DNA from: Fistulifera solaris
Lineage: Eukaryota
Assembly: GCA_030295235.1 (NCBI GenBank)
Contig: AP026133.1
Span: forward strand, 1,178,001 to 1,242,000
Length of the DNA: 64,000 bases
Direction of reading: 5' to 3'
The position numbers and the translations under genes were made by a program. This document shows positions 13,623 through 26,201 of this stretch, piece by piece. How positions within the stretch are numbered: the first letter of the stretch is position 1; each line of letters opens with the position of its first letter. The notes beneath the pieces are model-generated. The model was not told the DNA's origin. It saw only the letters and a program-made list of their open reading frames with translations, and did not search any database.

Positions 13623-13969
13623 GCAGATGTAGAATGGTAATAGTTACGAAAGGTACCGGAGCTTGAAGTGGCACTAGAAATTAGAGCGTTGTTGACTATT
13701 CTTGTTTATTTGCTGTTACTGCCAATAGCAAACCTCCTGGTTGTGCTCATTGCAGACGCTTAGTCGTTCACATGGCATACAATGACGATCGTTTCAGAGC
13801 CAATATCATCAACCGAGGATGCTTCGAAGATCCCATAATATAGTTACGAATATTACGTGCTCAGGTATTTACCATTACCAGCGGGTAATCACTCGTCTAG
13901 GACAAGCGTGCACGGATCATTTTACGAAAAATTACAATAGTTTATAGTTCTTCATTATTGTTGTTCCTT

Positions 13970-16900
13970 CTAAACACGCACAAACATATATAGTTGTGAT
14001 TCTTTGCACAATCTTCCATCACGCGAGGACGACACTTTTCTCGGACTGTGGGAAATGTGGTGATGAAGCTTTCTTGAAGTCGAACAGCTTGAAGAGCAAT
14101 CGATTGACAAAAAAGTACTCCCTGAAAAGGCGTAGTCGTGAGATGATTGTCTCTCAACTAGCAAACGCTTGACGATGAAAACGTACCATACGCAGAGAGT
14201 GATGAGGTTGATCACCATAATAATAGCAAGTGTCCATCGGAATCCCACCGGCATGACGGTGGTGTTGAATGGATTGTTTATCGCCATGGGTGCTAGGCTC
14301 GTAACCAATCGCACAGCATCCTTAATATTTTAAAGATGATGAAATGAGCCGATCAAATCTGAGGCCATCGATGTGGAGTGAAAACAAATCTTACCTCATT
14401 GTCACAATTGAGTCGCCAGATACACGAAAAGCTAGAGGGGACTAAGGTTGCGACAAACTGGAATGTCATGAAGAGGGACACCAGACCGACAAAAACATAG
14501 TTTTTGTACCAAGGTGCACGGAAGGTGTACCCAAAGTTGAGAGCAGCAGCCGAAGCCATGTACTGAAAACCTCCCACGATGAAGAGGACACTTGTCTCGT
14601 AGTTGTCACCAACTACCAAAACATTACTTACGTCCTCGCTGGTCCATTTTCGGCATTGGTACCAATCCTGCTTATTGAGTGCGACCAACGCCATAGTTAG
14701 GAAGAAAAAATTCCACGCCAGCAATCCACACACGCTAAACATGGTGCGCGGTCCAAGCAAGGAAGCGGTCGGTCGATAAGGGGGAAAGGATTGGGGCTGC
14801 CGACGCCAACGGAAGACTAAAGGCCATCAGCAGCGACCAAAAACCATCCATGAAGACCCAGCACCATTCCGTGAAAGAAATGAACATATAGGCAGCGATC
14901 GTTTGCAAATAGGATTCAAGTTGGCCGTAAATAATGTAAAAGCTGTACACTTTGAACGCAGACGAAAGGGCGCACCGTCCTTCGCGGAGTACGTCGACAA
15001 CAGATGTAATGGACTTTTCGAGAGATGTAAAGGGCGCTACAACACTAGCTTCCGAGCTGCTCAATGCAATTCCAACGTGCGCACTCTTCAATGCTCCACA
15101 GTCATTTTGTCCGTCACCGCACATCAAGGTCTTGAAGCCCAATTCAACAGCTGTCGTGACAACCGAAACCTTGTCGGACGGGTTGCACCGGCCGAAAACT
15201 CTTATATGTGTGAAAATTCCCTTGGCATACTTCGGATCATTGGTCAAAAGCGTAGTCCAAGCTTCCCCTGTAAGAGCCAAGTCGATATCAATGCCTGCAT
15301 AGGGTTCGTTCGTAACCTGGTCGTTGTCGACGTTCACCCACTCAACTTCCTCTCCCTTCTTCCGACCCAGTAAAACAGGAGATCTAGCATCAATCATACC
15401 CGCTTCGCGAGCGATGCAAATACCTGTAAGAACGTTGTCACCAGTGATCATTGTGACCGACACATCCCCACCTTGGAGTTCTTTCATGACTTTTGGTGTG
15501 TCGCTTTTCATCTTGTTTTGAAAATGGACGAATCCACAGAATTTCAAGGTACTTTCGAGATCATCGCGAGTGAGCACACTTACGTCTGTTCCAGGATCAA
15601 GTGTCTTGTAGGCTAACGCAAGTTGGTAAATTCCGAGCTTGGAGCAAGAACGTAGGGTACCTTCGAATGTTTTCGGGATTGTTTTGCTGTCACAAAGAGC
15701 GCGAATCGATTCGGGGCTGCCTTTGACAAAAGCAAGCTTCGCGCCACTCTCATCTTGAACAACAACACTTTGCGTAACTCGGTGGTTATCAAATTCATTC
15801 TGCTTCAAAAGTGTGTAGCTCTTTCCTGCCACCTTAATAACCACGTTTTCTCCTTTTGTAACCACAATCTTGGCGCCTGTACTGCTGAACGATGCTTGGT
15901 CGACGTGATTGCCGAGCATCTCACCTTTCGCGGACATCCTGAGGCTGTGACAAACCGCCATTCCAAGTTTGACGTTATCAGCCATTCCTACATCATTCCA
16001 GACACCGAAAAACGACATGCCAGCGTGCGTTAAGGTGCCCGTTTTGTCAAAGAAGGCGCAATTGACTTTACCGGCAATAAGAATTCCCTCTGAGTACGTG
16101 CAAGTGATTTGCCTCTGTCGAAGACGCTGCGCCGAGATACCGACCGAAACCACGAAGACAGTCGGAAGAAGAGGCGGGATCACCGTACCGAACACAAAGA
16201 TTCCGTAGAAGAAGGCATAGACAAACTATTGTTGACGGCAAGATGAGCATGAAAAGTGAGCTCCTATGGGCGGATAATTGGTAGTACCGTTTGAGTATCG
16301 GAGCGTTATACCTACCTGGTCTTGCAAAAAGTGAAAGACCATTGTGACCAAGAAAATGCCTTGCAGCAAAAGAATGCACAATACCACCTTGACTTCATCG
16401 TCGAACTTAAACTTATGGCGCTGATAAGACAATACATCGCTCAACAACTTTCCCTTTGTCGTGAAAGTACCGGTTGATAAGACCAAGCCAAGATCCTGGT
16501 GATTTTCTCTGCATTCTAGGATCGTCGTGCCCGCGGAAACCGTGTGAATTGCGTGGTGCTTTGCGCTGTAAGTTTCTCCTTGTAAAGATGAATCAATAGG
16601 TATTTTCGCAATCGGAGTCGCTTCTCCCGTAAGAGCACTTTCGTCGACAACCACATGTTCCGCTTTCACAATCACCATATCGCAATAAACAGATCCGCGT
16701 TCAAGGGCGACGATATCGCCAGGCACAAGATCAGTGACCGCAATTGAAACAAAATTGCCATCGCGGAGGACCCTATTACAAGCAAAAGCAAGCGTTAGGA
16801 CCTTCTCTTGCCCTACTCGTCGAAAATTAAAGGGTACTTACTTGACACTTCCTTTGACATGGGAGATTTGGTAGAGAACTGAATCGCTCATGTATTGGAA

Positions 16901-18452
16901 TGCGCCCACGACGACACCGCCGGTGATGCGAACAATCGAATGGACTAGGAACATGTAATAGTACCAGTAGGGTGCCCACGTCCAAACCAAGAAGGTTTGA
17001 TACAAATAAAAGAATTTGCAAAACTCCTGGAAGATGTTTTTGACAATTGTCGGTTTTTCCATAGGAATCATGTTGCGACCAACCGTGTGAAGGCGTTTAT
17101 TTGCTTCTTCCATCGTTAAACCACTGCTCTGCTTTAAGAAATCCTCCATTGTTTTACCCACTTCCATATTTCCGATGGAGTACATTGCAGTGTCTTCGTT
17201 GTAAACATAGCGACACATGCGATGAAAGAAACGACGCGTTCCTGTCATTTTATCAACCGCCACTTCGCAGTAAGTGATCTCGTAGCCTGATGGAATATAA
17301 GGATACGAAAACAAGAAGTAAAAGATGCTGTTTACGGGGGCGACGAGCATTTGGATGATCGATTCGCCCATTTTGAACTCATCAATGATTTCCACTTGCT
17401 TTTGGCGTGCTACGATGGCTACAAAGGATGCTTCGTCCAAAGTACAGCGACGTAGGAAAATACTCTGTACGCTCAACGGCCAGCGATAAGCAAAAGACCA
17501 CAGTAAGCCAACGAACCAAACAACTCTGATGTTGACAAGTTTTAAAATGAGTGCACAATAAATAAAGAAAAACGAGGCGACGGTGAAACTTACTCAAAGG
17601 CAATCAGCACCTGGACTTCATCTTCAAATACAGGCTCCCATCGGCTTATGGCGCCTTGCTGCATGTAATAAAAGACCGTCAATAAGAACAAAAGGAACTG
17701 GATACCAAACAGAGTAGTCATGACCATTCCATGAATAATGATTCCGATCCAGTGTCGCTTGTATCCTGTTTGTGACCATCCTTCTCCCATGGCTACTTCG
17801 GAGCCCTCCACTGGAAAAGACCTTTTGATTGAACAGACACCATAGAAAGGTAAAGAGCGAAACTCCCGAGATCCAAAGGTAACAAAACAAGAAGGCTGGG
17901 TCGGTAAAGGATAGTAAAGGGATCTCATCGATTTGCGCTTCAATGCAAACCGCCTCTGTTTTATAAAAAGTGGCATACTTTTCCTTACATGCATCATAGA
18001 AGTCGATTTCTCGCTTGCACGTGATCGGCAAGGTATTGCAACGTTCGGCGTCTTCTCCGCACAACGTTTCTTCGTCACCCAAACAGGCAGGTTTACAACT
18101 TCCATCGTTGCACAGTTCTTCACCTTCGTCGCACTGCGTCGGGCATTCTGATGTATTTGCGACGCAAACAGGCGCACAAGTTGTCGTGGCTGGACAAGAC
18201 TCGGGCGGACTTTCGGCAAAATCTCCTGCAGAAATACAGCAAAGAGAACGAACGAACGAACGAACGGATCGAGTTAGAAAACCTTCAGATGCACCGAAGG
18301 CAACACTTTTTGTCCGTACCGAAACCGAGATTACGTTAGACTGAATATTTAGGATGAGAAATCCAAACATAGTCAAAGAAATCACCCCAAGAGGTGGCGC
18401 GGCATGTCGTCAAACCTACAATGACCAGCAACGACGAGAAGAAACGATTCAT
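13970..18452 (-). CDS. P5-type (P5B-like) P-type ATPase with N-terminal signal peptide and Cys-rich extension; multi-exon, apparent frameshifts at ~18340, ~17816, ~14782
   Basis: DESALTGEA, PPLLP in TM4, FFDKTGTLT, KGSPE, MITGDNVLT, MCGDGQNDCGALK, ASVVAPFTS; several GT..AG introns; the exact 5' and 3' ends are approximate. Confidence 0.9.
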
Positions 18453-19551
18453 TGCGATGAACGTCACTTATGCTCGCAGAGCTTTCAAATAGTTGTTGTC
18501 AAGGTCTTGAAAATAGTCAGCGAAAGAGAAAGTAAGTCTTTCTTGCAAGGGAAAGCTCTTTTGAGCAGAAAGACTTTAATACGAAAAGATCTTGCGAATG
18601 CTTTCAGAATCAACAGAAGTTCTGCTTGATGCCGGTGCGGTGGGGCGCGTGTGTCGATCCATGTTCATGGTGATTCAACGCATGCTTCTTGAAGCTCCTA
18701 TGCTCACATAGACATCTCCGCTCTATGTCTTGTCCATTAAGTTAAGTTTTGAGAGTACTTGGGACTTGGGTAATCGTTGTGGAAAATCTTAAAAAGGAGG
18801 TCATTATAGTCATTATCCATATTCAGTACTACGTATGCAGGTTCCTTGTTCTTTATCTCTTGCGTCTTGCCTACACAATACCCAGCATCCAGCATCCAGC
18901 ATGTGTTCACGGGGTAGACCTGGTACGTACTAGGTAGTAGGTATTGGTGTGGCGCGCGTGCTCCTGAGACACGGGGACACAACTCTGAGTACACAATTTC
19001 CCGCACCTTCGGCTTTTGTGTACGTCGAAATTCGCACGAAGCATGAACGACTGAACGACATCGAGCAAATTTTTTCGTTTTTCGGTACCGGTACCGCTGC
19101 CCTCTGCTTGCACTAGAGGACCAAAATACGAGGGCTATTACTGGTACGGGTCGGTTAGTACGTAGTACTTGTACTCCGCTCCGTCATATTTAGAAGACTT
19201 TTTCAAGTCCGAAAGGAGAAGTACAGAAGTACTACGGTAATGCAGGAATGCAGGCGATGATGAAGATGATGATGATTTCATTTAAATATTTGTGAGAAAA
19301 TAAAAAAATGGAAAAATCAGTCCAATCTTTCCTTTAAACAATTACGAATAAATGATTAATATTAGGATTATTTGTGATTGTCATAAAAAAACCAGTCATG
19401 ATTCATGCTTGCCAGTCGACAGACGCAACTTTTCGTAGCACAGTTATTGCAACACGCAACCCGACATTGAAAAAGGAGGTCGACGAACAATTGAATTGTT
19501 GAATATATATCCTCTTTTTCTACTTTCAGAAGATTTAAAATATACCTTGTA

Positions 19552-20429
19552 ATGCGCTGGCTTTTGCTTGCAGGAGTGTGCTTCTCAATCACGCAAGGCT
19601 TCTTGAGAAACTCTCCGTCAACTCGTCATTCCTCATCGGCTCATCATCTTTTACCCGCCAAAGACGTTTGGATTCTTCCAACCGAACAGGACGTTTCGAA
19701 AGCCGTTCACTCGATTCTAGAGAACGCGGCAAACAAGGCGATTGCTGAGAAAGGGAGCTTTGCACTGGCCATTCCAGGAGGATCCGTTTTGACCGTTTTG
19801 AGCAGCTTAGAACCAAAAGGAGACTGGGTTTCGAAAACAACTCTGGCGTACGTCAATCACAAATGCGTCCCCAACGAAGACTTGTCAAGTGCCATTCACG
19901 CAAAGGCACGAAATAAATTTCTGGACCGCTGGGGTTTGACGAACGTGGTGACTCTGGACGGCACTGCTGACGCTCAGGCTGAAGCCATGGCGTATCAAGC
20001 AAAGTTAGAAGCTATTCCGGCTACTGTTTTGCCGCGTGACGCAGATGGTTTTCCTCTTTTGATCTCTGTTTAATCGGCGTTGGTGATGATGGGCATATTG
20101 GATCTTTGTATCCAGGACGCGATGAAATTAATGAAGCGTCGAAATGGGCTATTGGGGTTGAAATGAAATCACCGCCCAGCATCTCTTTGACGCTGCCTGT
20201 GATGCAACGCGCGAAGCAGTCAGTAGTATCGGCTGCGGGTAAAAGTGACAAATACCCCAAAGGAAAGGCATCGGCGATGCGTATGGCTGTTGATGATGAA
20301 CAGGTGACTCCAGCTGAATTCCCTGCCTGTGCTTTGCGAGGTACAACGGTCTGGATCTTTGATGAACCTAACGGATCTGAGATGCCATCGCGACCGCGCG
20401 CAACATTGGATGAGTTTCTAGCTCATTGA
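19552..20429 (+). CDS. PGL: 6-phosphogluconolactonase, plastid-targeted; apparent -1 indel in T4 at 20057-20060
   Basis: LAIPGGS, and FDLCLIGVGDDGHIGSLYPG after frame correction, PPSISLTLP; presequence MRWLLLAGVCFSITQG-FL. Confidence 0.88.
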
Positions 20430-20529
20430 CAAGTTCGCAGAAAGCTTTGACTAATAATGATAAAATCTATAATACACTTTGCTCTTTGCTCATCATTCTT
20501 TTTAGAAGTTATAGAATCCCACGCAATCG

Positions 20530-21400
20530 CTCCTTTCAAATTGAAGGTGAGCAATCCGTTAAACATAGGAAAGGAAATAGATGAGGTTATTGAGCTTGCT
20601 GTTAAATTTGAGTTAGTAGGCCTCTCCTTTTCTTTTTTTGAACACGATTGACATTCCTTTCCGTCTTGACAATATGGAACGCCTCTTGAAGTTTCAGTTT
20701 CCAGGACTTGGCGCTTCTTCCGTTCGCGACCAACACTGCTGTTCTGGACTACAAGATTGACTCGGATAGTTTTGCAGCCCTTGATTTTCGCTCACTTTAG
20801 ATGATGGCGAAAGACATTCATGTGACAGTTGTCGTGGATGGTGATCATAACGACAATTGGGAATGGGATAAGTTGCTCATCTTGTTCTTGAAGAAAGTGG
20901 CAAACTGGGGCCACTTCGAACGATTGGATGTGTCGGTTCGCTACTGGCATAACCATCAAAGAGGTTGGGCTCACTATAAAGCCAAGCGTGTCGCCCTCGT
21001 TGCGGAAGCCCTTATCGATATTTTGCGCGAATCCCAAGCTTTCCTCTCTTGCTTGGATTTGAGTGATCTTAAGTCAATCGTGAAGTGGAGTTCTCACTTG
21101 GAGATTATTCGCAAAGCTGTAGAGGATCACAAGGATCGCCCACGTTTCTTGTGAAAGGCTACTCTTCGAACAGCGCCCATTCTGACGATGACCTTTTGCA
21201 GACTAAAATCTCAGTCATGAGAAAAGTGTCACTACAGATGACCTCTCTACTCTCTATTGTACTCTAGAGGTAAGGTTTATGCGACTATGCATAACCTTAC
21301 TGGTGATAGCGTTACCAACGCGCGTTTTTTTTGACGATGAATGAATGAATAAAGCAGCGGCAGTGTTGTATTTCTTTATCGACCTTTGAAAAGCACTTGA
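20530..21400 (+). pseudogene. Possible degraded coding remnant
   Basis: 117-aa ORF (20801-21154) with protein-like composition flanked by broken frames; no family recognised. Confidence 0.25.
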
Positions 21401-21422
21401 TGCTTCTTCGGCCATTATTTTG

Positions 21423-22412
21423 ATGCGTTCTATCTTAGTAAGTCTCATCACACTACTCTTTTTCTTCTCAGCTTGTCTGACGCGAGCTTGGTGGATTTCA
21501 TCGCATGTTTCGCTTTATCGGAGCGCTCGTTCTTTTTCGTCTGCATCATCGAAACGATCCGCAATAACACAACTAGCAGAACGAAAACGACAATTCATTC
21601 CTTCGCTTTCAAAGCCTGCAGCAAAGGTACCGATTGTTTCACGGATTGTGCCCATCACGAACGAATGGAATGTTACCGTTTGGGAATGGGAAACACCTGC
21701 GCCTCTTGTCGAGGATTACTGGTCTTCACATCAAGAACAATTACAGCAACAGAGCAATTCACAAAAGAAGCAGTTACTCAAAGAAACAACTGAAGATTTA
21801 CTGGATCCGTTTGGTCTCATTCTGTGGCCCGGTGCCGTAGTGGCATCACATGAATTGCTCCAACACAACCATTTACTTCGAAATGCTACCGTCCTGGTCT
21901 TGGGATCGGGTGTCGGTGTAGAAGTGCAAGTGGCGGCGCATTTGGGAGCAGCACGTGTCTATGCACTCGATGTGCATCCCGCGACCCTGCAGCTACTGCA
22001 ATATGGTATTCCGTCGTATTTGACACATGTGGTGAAACCAATTGTCTTTGATTTGTGTGATCGACAAGCACCATTGCCGTTCTTGCAAACTGTTGATCTT
22101 ATGATCGTAGCTGACGTCTTGTACAATCCACAACTGGCGCAACAGGTTGCTCGAAGATGCAGTGAAGCCTACGATCAGGGCATTGGTGTCTTAATTACGG
22201 ATTCGCAACGATTGGTGCACAATTTCGTAGAAATGATTCGACTGCGCGACAATGGCAATCAATGTAGCAGCGCGCCATCTCCATTTGCGTGGGAAGAACG
22301 GCGACTAACCGATTTTACCGGATCCGGCATTCTCGTAGAAGAAGATCAAACGTACAATGTTTCGGCAAGAGTCCTTTGGATGAAGCGTCCAAAAGGTACA
22401 CCAATTACATGA
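21423..22412 (+). CDS. Class I SAM-dependent methyltransferase (Methyltransf_16/PrmA-like) with signal or plastid presequence
   Basis: DPFGLILWPGA, motif I VLVLGSGVG, VYALD, DLMIVADVLY; hydrophobic N-terminus ending TRA-W. Confidence 0.85.
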   Translation: MRSILVSLITLLFFFSACLTRAWWISSHVSLYRSARSFSSASSKRSAITQLAERKRQFIPSLSKPAAKVPIVSRIVPITNEWNVTVWEWETPAPLVEDYWSSHQEQLQQQSNSQKKQLLKETTEDLLDPFGLILWPGAVVASHELLQHNHLLRNATVLVLGSGVGVEVQVAAHLGAARVYALDVHPATLQLLQYGIPSYLTHVVKPIVFDLCDRQAPLPFLQTVDLMIVADVLYNPQLAQQVARRCSEAYDQGIGVLITDSQRLVHNFVEMIRLRDNGNQCSSAPSPFAWEERRLTDFTGSGILVEEDQTYNVSARVLWMKRPKGTPIT

Positions 22413-22482
22413 GGTTACGAGTTAAAAACACTCGATTTGAATAGTTTGCCCATTATTAAGATTTGATTTCATTAACACTGTC

Positions 22483-25453
22483 CTATTGTGTTCCATCATC
22501 CAACAAAGCAGACCACCGAGCATGCAATACATCCAAATCGACATATACTGGAATCCAGGCAACATAGTCGTCTCGACTGGTATAAACTTCCAAACCTTGT
22601 TGACACCACCATTCTAAGCCGTGCATGACACCATTTATGCGATCGGCTACCGCGTTGCTCCAGTGAAAAGAGCGGAATTTCGGGTTCCATGGTTCTCGAC
22701 GGGCATTAGCGACATATTGCAGTGCTGTTTTGACCACAATTCTCCAATCGACTTTCGCTGATGCGCGCCATTGCGACTCCCAGGCTTCCACAGTGAAAGG
22801 TTCCCCGCAACGATTCAAGCATTTCTCTAGCGAAACCATGTCATCATCCTGAAACAAGTATTTGTTCAACATTGCACTATCATGACATCCGTCCTTGTCA
22901 GTGGGCGCTACTTGCGTATCATGGCACGATGCTTGCAATAAATCTAAGATCTCTCGACTTTCCGACGGTAACCGGTGCAACCATTCTTGGAACTGTTCGA
23001 CAATCGCGTCATCTCCTCGCCGACAAGATTGGTGAATATCGCCTCGACTATGCCGAGCATCCACAACAACCGCCCCCGATATCGCATCCAGAATGAACAA
23101 TGAAGGAATTCCCTGTACGCCAAACTGAAGCGAAAGCTTTGACTTGAAATGGTGCAAAGCTGGTTCGAAAGGAATAGCCGCCCACGGCATTGTCGCGTAG
23201 TAATGTTGGAAGCTAGTGGCATCTCGATCGGAGCTGACAAACACAATCTCGAGTCCGTGCGATGGAAACGCTTCATTTAGGACATTATAGAATTCAATCA
23301 ACATGGGAGTGAGAGAGCGACATGCTTTACGAAAAAATCAAGATGTGAGGGGCTGGAACAAAGCGCCAGCGACGTTCATTTGATTACTTACGACCACACC
23401 AATGAGCGGAAAAGTAAAACGCAATCAATCGAGGATTTTTCCTTTGCAAGGCAGCGTCCGTCGGTATCAACTGATTCGTGTTCACCAACAGCTGGGGTCC
23501 CAATCGCTCGACGAATACATTGGTGTCCAAAGGTACTTCATACGAGAGTGATGCTGATAGTGGGTCAGGATCCAACGCCGCTGCTCCATTACTACAATCA
23601 TTCGCAGGGACCAACCAAGCGGGCAGTAACACAAATGTCGCCCATTCGTCCGAAGTGGGTAGCAATGGATACGAGCAAGCACCGATCAAATAAATCGGCG
23701 CACCGGGTTTCGTACAAAATCCCACTATTGAAGTACGCTGCCCCGAAATCGGTGACATTGATGATAAGGATGAGACAAACGATTCGAATGCTGCTTGCTT
23801 TTGAGAGAACGTAGCTGTGACTTGCTTCGCCAGGGGAAGATACGAGTCGGGCAATCGGCCTGTTACGGCGTTAGGTCGTGTTGAACGGTGGACCCGCAAT
23901 TTCAAGTCCGGCACCGTGGCAGTCGAATTCCATTGCAAGACAATGGGATCGACCGTGTCACTAATTTTCGCACAAACCGTCCATTGGGAAGCATTCGCCA
24001 ACGTTTGTCCCATCACACCAACATAGAGGATTCCTCCCTCCCAAACATGCTCGTTTTTCCAGAGCGGAAGGCGTGAATGCATGTTCATGGGATTCGTTCT
24101 GTATTCATTATTCTCGTTTAACAATTGACCATGTACCACCAATATGAGCGTCTCGTGAAGTTTATCAACAAAAGAATCCAAATGTTGCAACGAAACAAAA
24201 GATTTTGATTGCAGTATTGTACCCGTTTGTGGATCTACAACAACCGCAGATAGTTGATTCGGTATTCCCATCGCACAGGCAGCTCCTGACACAATAATGG
24301 CTCGTGTGCATTGAGCAAGCGGAGGACGCGGATGAACCGCAATAAAGGCTTGCTTGAGGAGAAGCGACGGCAAAAAGGTCTGAATGGAGTACTCCGTTGA
24401 ACATTGTAGTTGTTGATTGTTTTCGTCCTTCTTTTCTGAGTTTTCGTGTGCGTAGGATGACGCCCCAGCTTCTCCACGGGCCACTTTCCACTGCGTCGCT
24501 CCACTGATTCGCCCGTGATGATACGAACTACTTTCCTTGGCCCATTCTGTCAGTCGTTTGTAGGATGACAACAATTCCTCTTCTTCTTTCCATTGCTTTT
24601 GAATCGACTGTTTTTGTTTCACCGAGGACAGTTTACCTAATAATGTGACATTGATTTCATGAATGACATCTTGTCCTGCTTCTTCGGACGATGTAATGGC
24701 ACGACGCCTCGTCAAAAAGTCGTGAGAATCGAATTGCCGTGTATATCGAGGAGTAACATCCATTACATACGACGGTGTAATGGCAAGGATGTACGACAGT
24801 TGTTTCCCCCAACCGGCTTCATACATACTGGGTTCATTGACGACACCTTCACAACCATCTCCCATGCAATAGTAGTGATTACTCTGATCGCGATGATGAT
24901 TGGGAAAAGATGCTTCAATCCAGACATGGTCTGTCATATCCAAGATGTAGCGAGTATGATATCCGACGGCTCGACAATACAAGCCAAACAAATTCGCGTA
25001 TTCTCCGCATCGACCTTGTCGTGTCTGTAACAACGTTCGTGGGCAATTGTATCGTGGAAATGTAATGTCATTCTCACTGTCGCATACCGTGCACTGATAG
25101 ACTTCAACTCGCGAGGCTTTTCCTTGTATTTCTGGTTGCGTTTCTGGACCTCGTGTGCGAATGAATTGCACATGATCGGTCGTTTGACATTGAAGGCACA
25201 TTGGTTGATTGATCCAAGTCATCCTGCTCTTAAAGTAACGACACAATCGTTGAAAGAAGATAATGGAGTAAGATGGATGCTTGAGGGCATCGTTCTTTTC
25301 GGAGAAAGGTCCGTCATCTTTCTTCAAATCCTCCCAAGGAATAGTAGCACGACAATCAGCTAGTAATTGAGGATCTTCCCACGCTTGAACAGTTTTCAAG
25401 GCTCCTTCAATACGCCGCTTAAAATCTTCATTAATAAAGGTTGTTGCGTTCAT
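22483..25453 (-). CDS. PNG1: Peptide:N-glycanase (transglutaminase-like core) fused to a nucleoredoxin-type thioredoxin domain and a PUB-like C-terminus; intron 23391-23325
   Basis: Zn-binding CLQC/CTVC, SRVEVY, FPRYN, TRQGRCGEYA (Cys), TDHVWIE (His), YEAGWGKQLSY, DVTPRY; splicing GTAAGT...TAAAG gives FYFSAHWCGPCRSLTP...EIVFVSSDRD...MPWAAIPF...GIPSL. Confidence 0.92.
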
Positions 25454-26201
25454 TGTTCAAGGGAAATAAGTTAATATGAATCTAAACTATTCCTCCAAAT
25501 AACTGAGATGTTATTGCGATTCAAGAGCTTTTTCGCGATCGCGTGCACCACACTGACTCATGACTGAAACTCAGTCATGAAGAAACCTCGCCTGCAGTAT
25601 AGCTCTATACTAAATGCGGAAAAGACTACTGCAAGACTTTTTTCGTCGACACACATTCGTGTGTTGCAAATGATGCCCATGGTACCCCTGCATACCAGGT
25701 AATCGTGACGAAACCATGTTTGACTTATCAAACTAGGAGAAGGAGCGGTAATTAAGCAGCACTATAGCTTGGAATTATATATGTGAAGACAGTATTTGCG
25801 AGAAGTCGCGGACTCAAAGCATCGCCAAGACCCTCAACTCCAAAACGATAATAACCTTACATAATTAAGTTAAGTTGAGTTGTCTTTAGACTAGATAAAT
25901 GTTTTCACCATGTTGAAATGCATTGGAGTCCTTTTGCCAACATCATCCACGATTCATGATCCATGACTGAATTTCAATTGAGTCGTCGGAGTTAAATGGA
26001 ATCCTACTCGGTACCAGGTACAGTACCTGTACCGGTAGCTTTCTTGGGAACACCATCGAACAAACCGAGAAGAAAAGCGGCGACGCAGCACATATAACAC
26101 CGCCCGATTAGGCCCATTCTTTCTATTGACTTTAATGCAATTCATTCCATCGAGTTAAAGTCTAGTTTTATTCCTTCATTTGAATAGATACACAATAAAA
26201 A

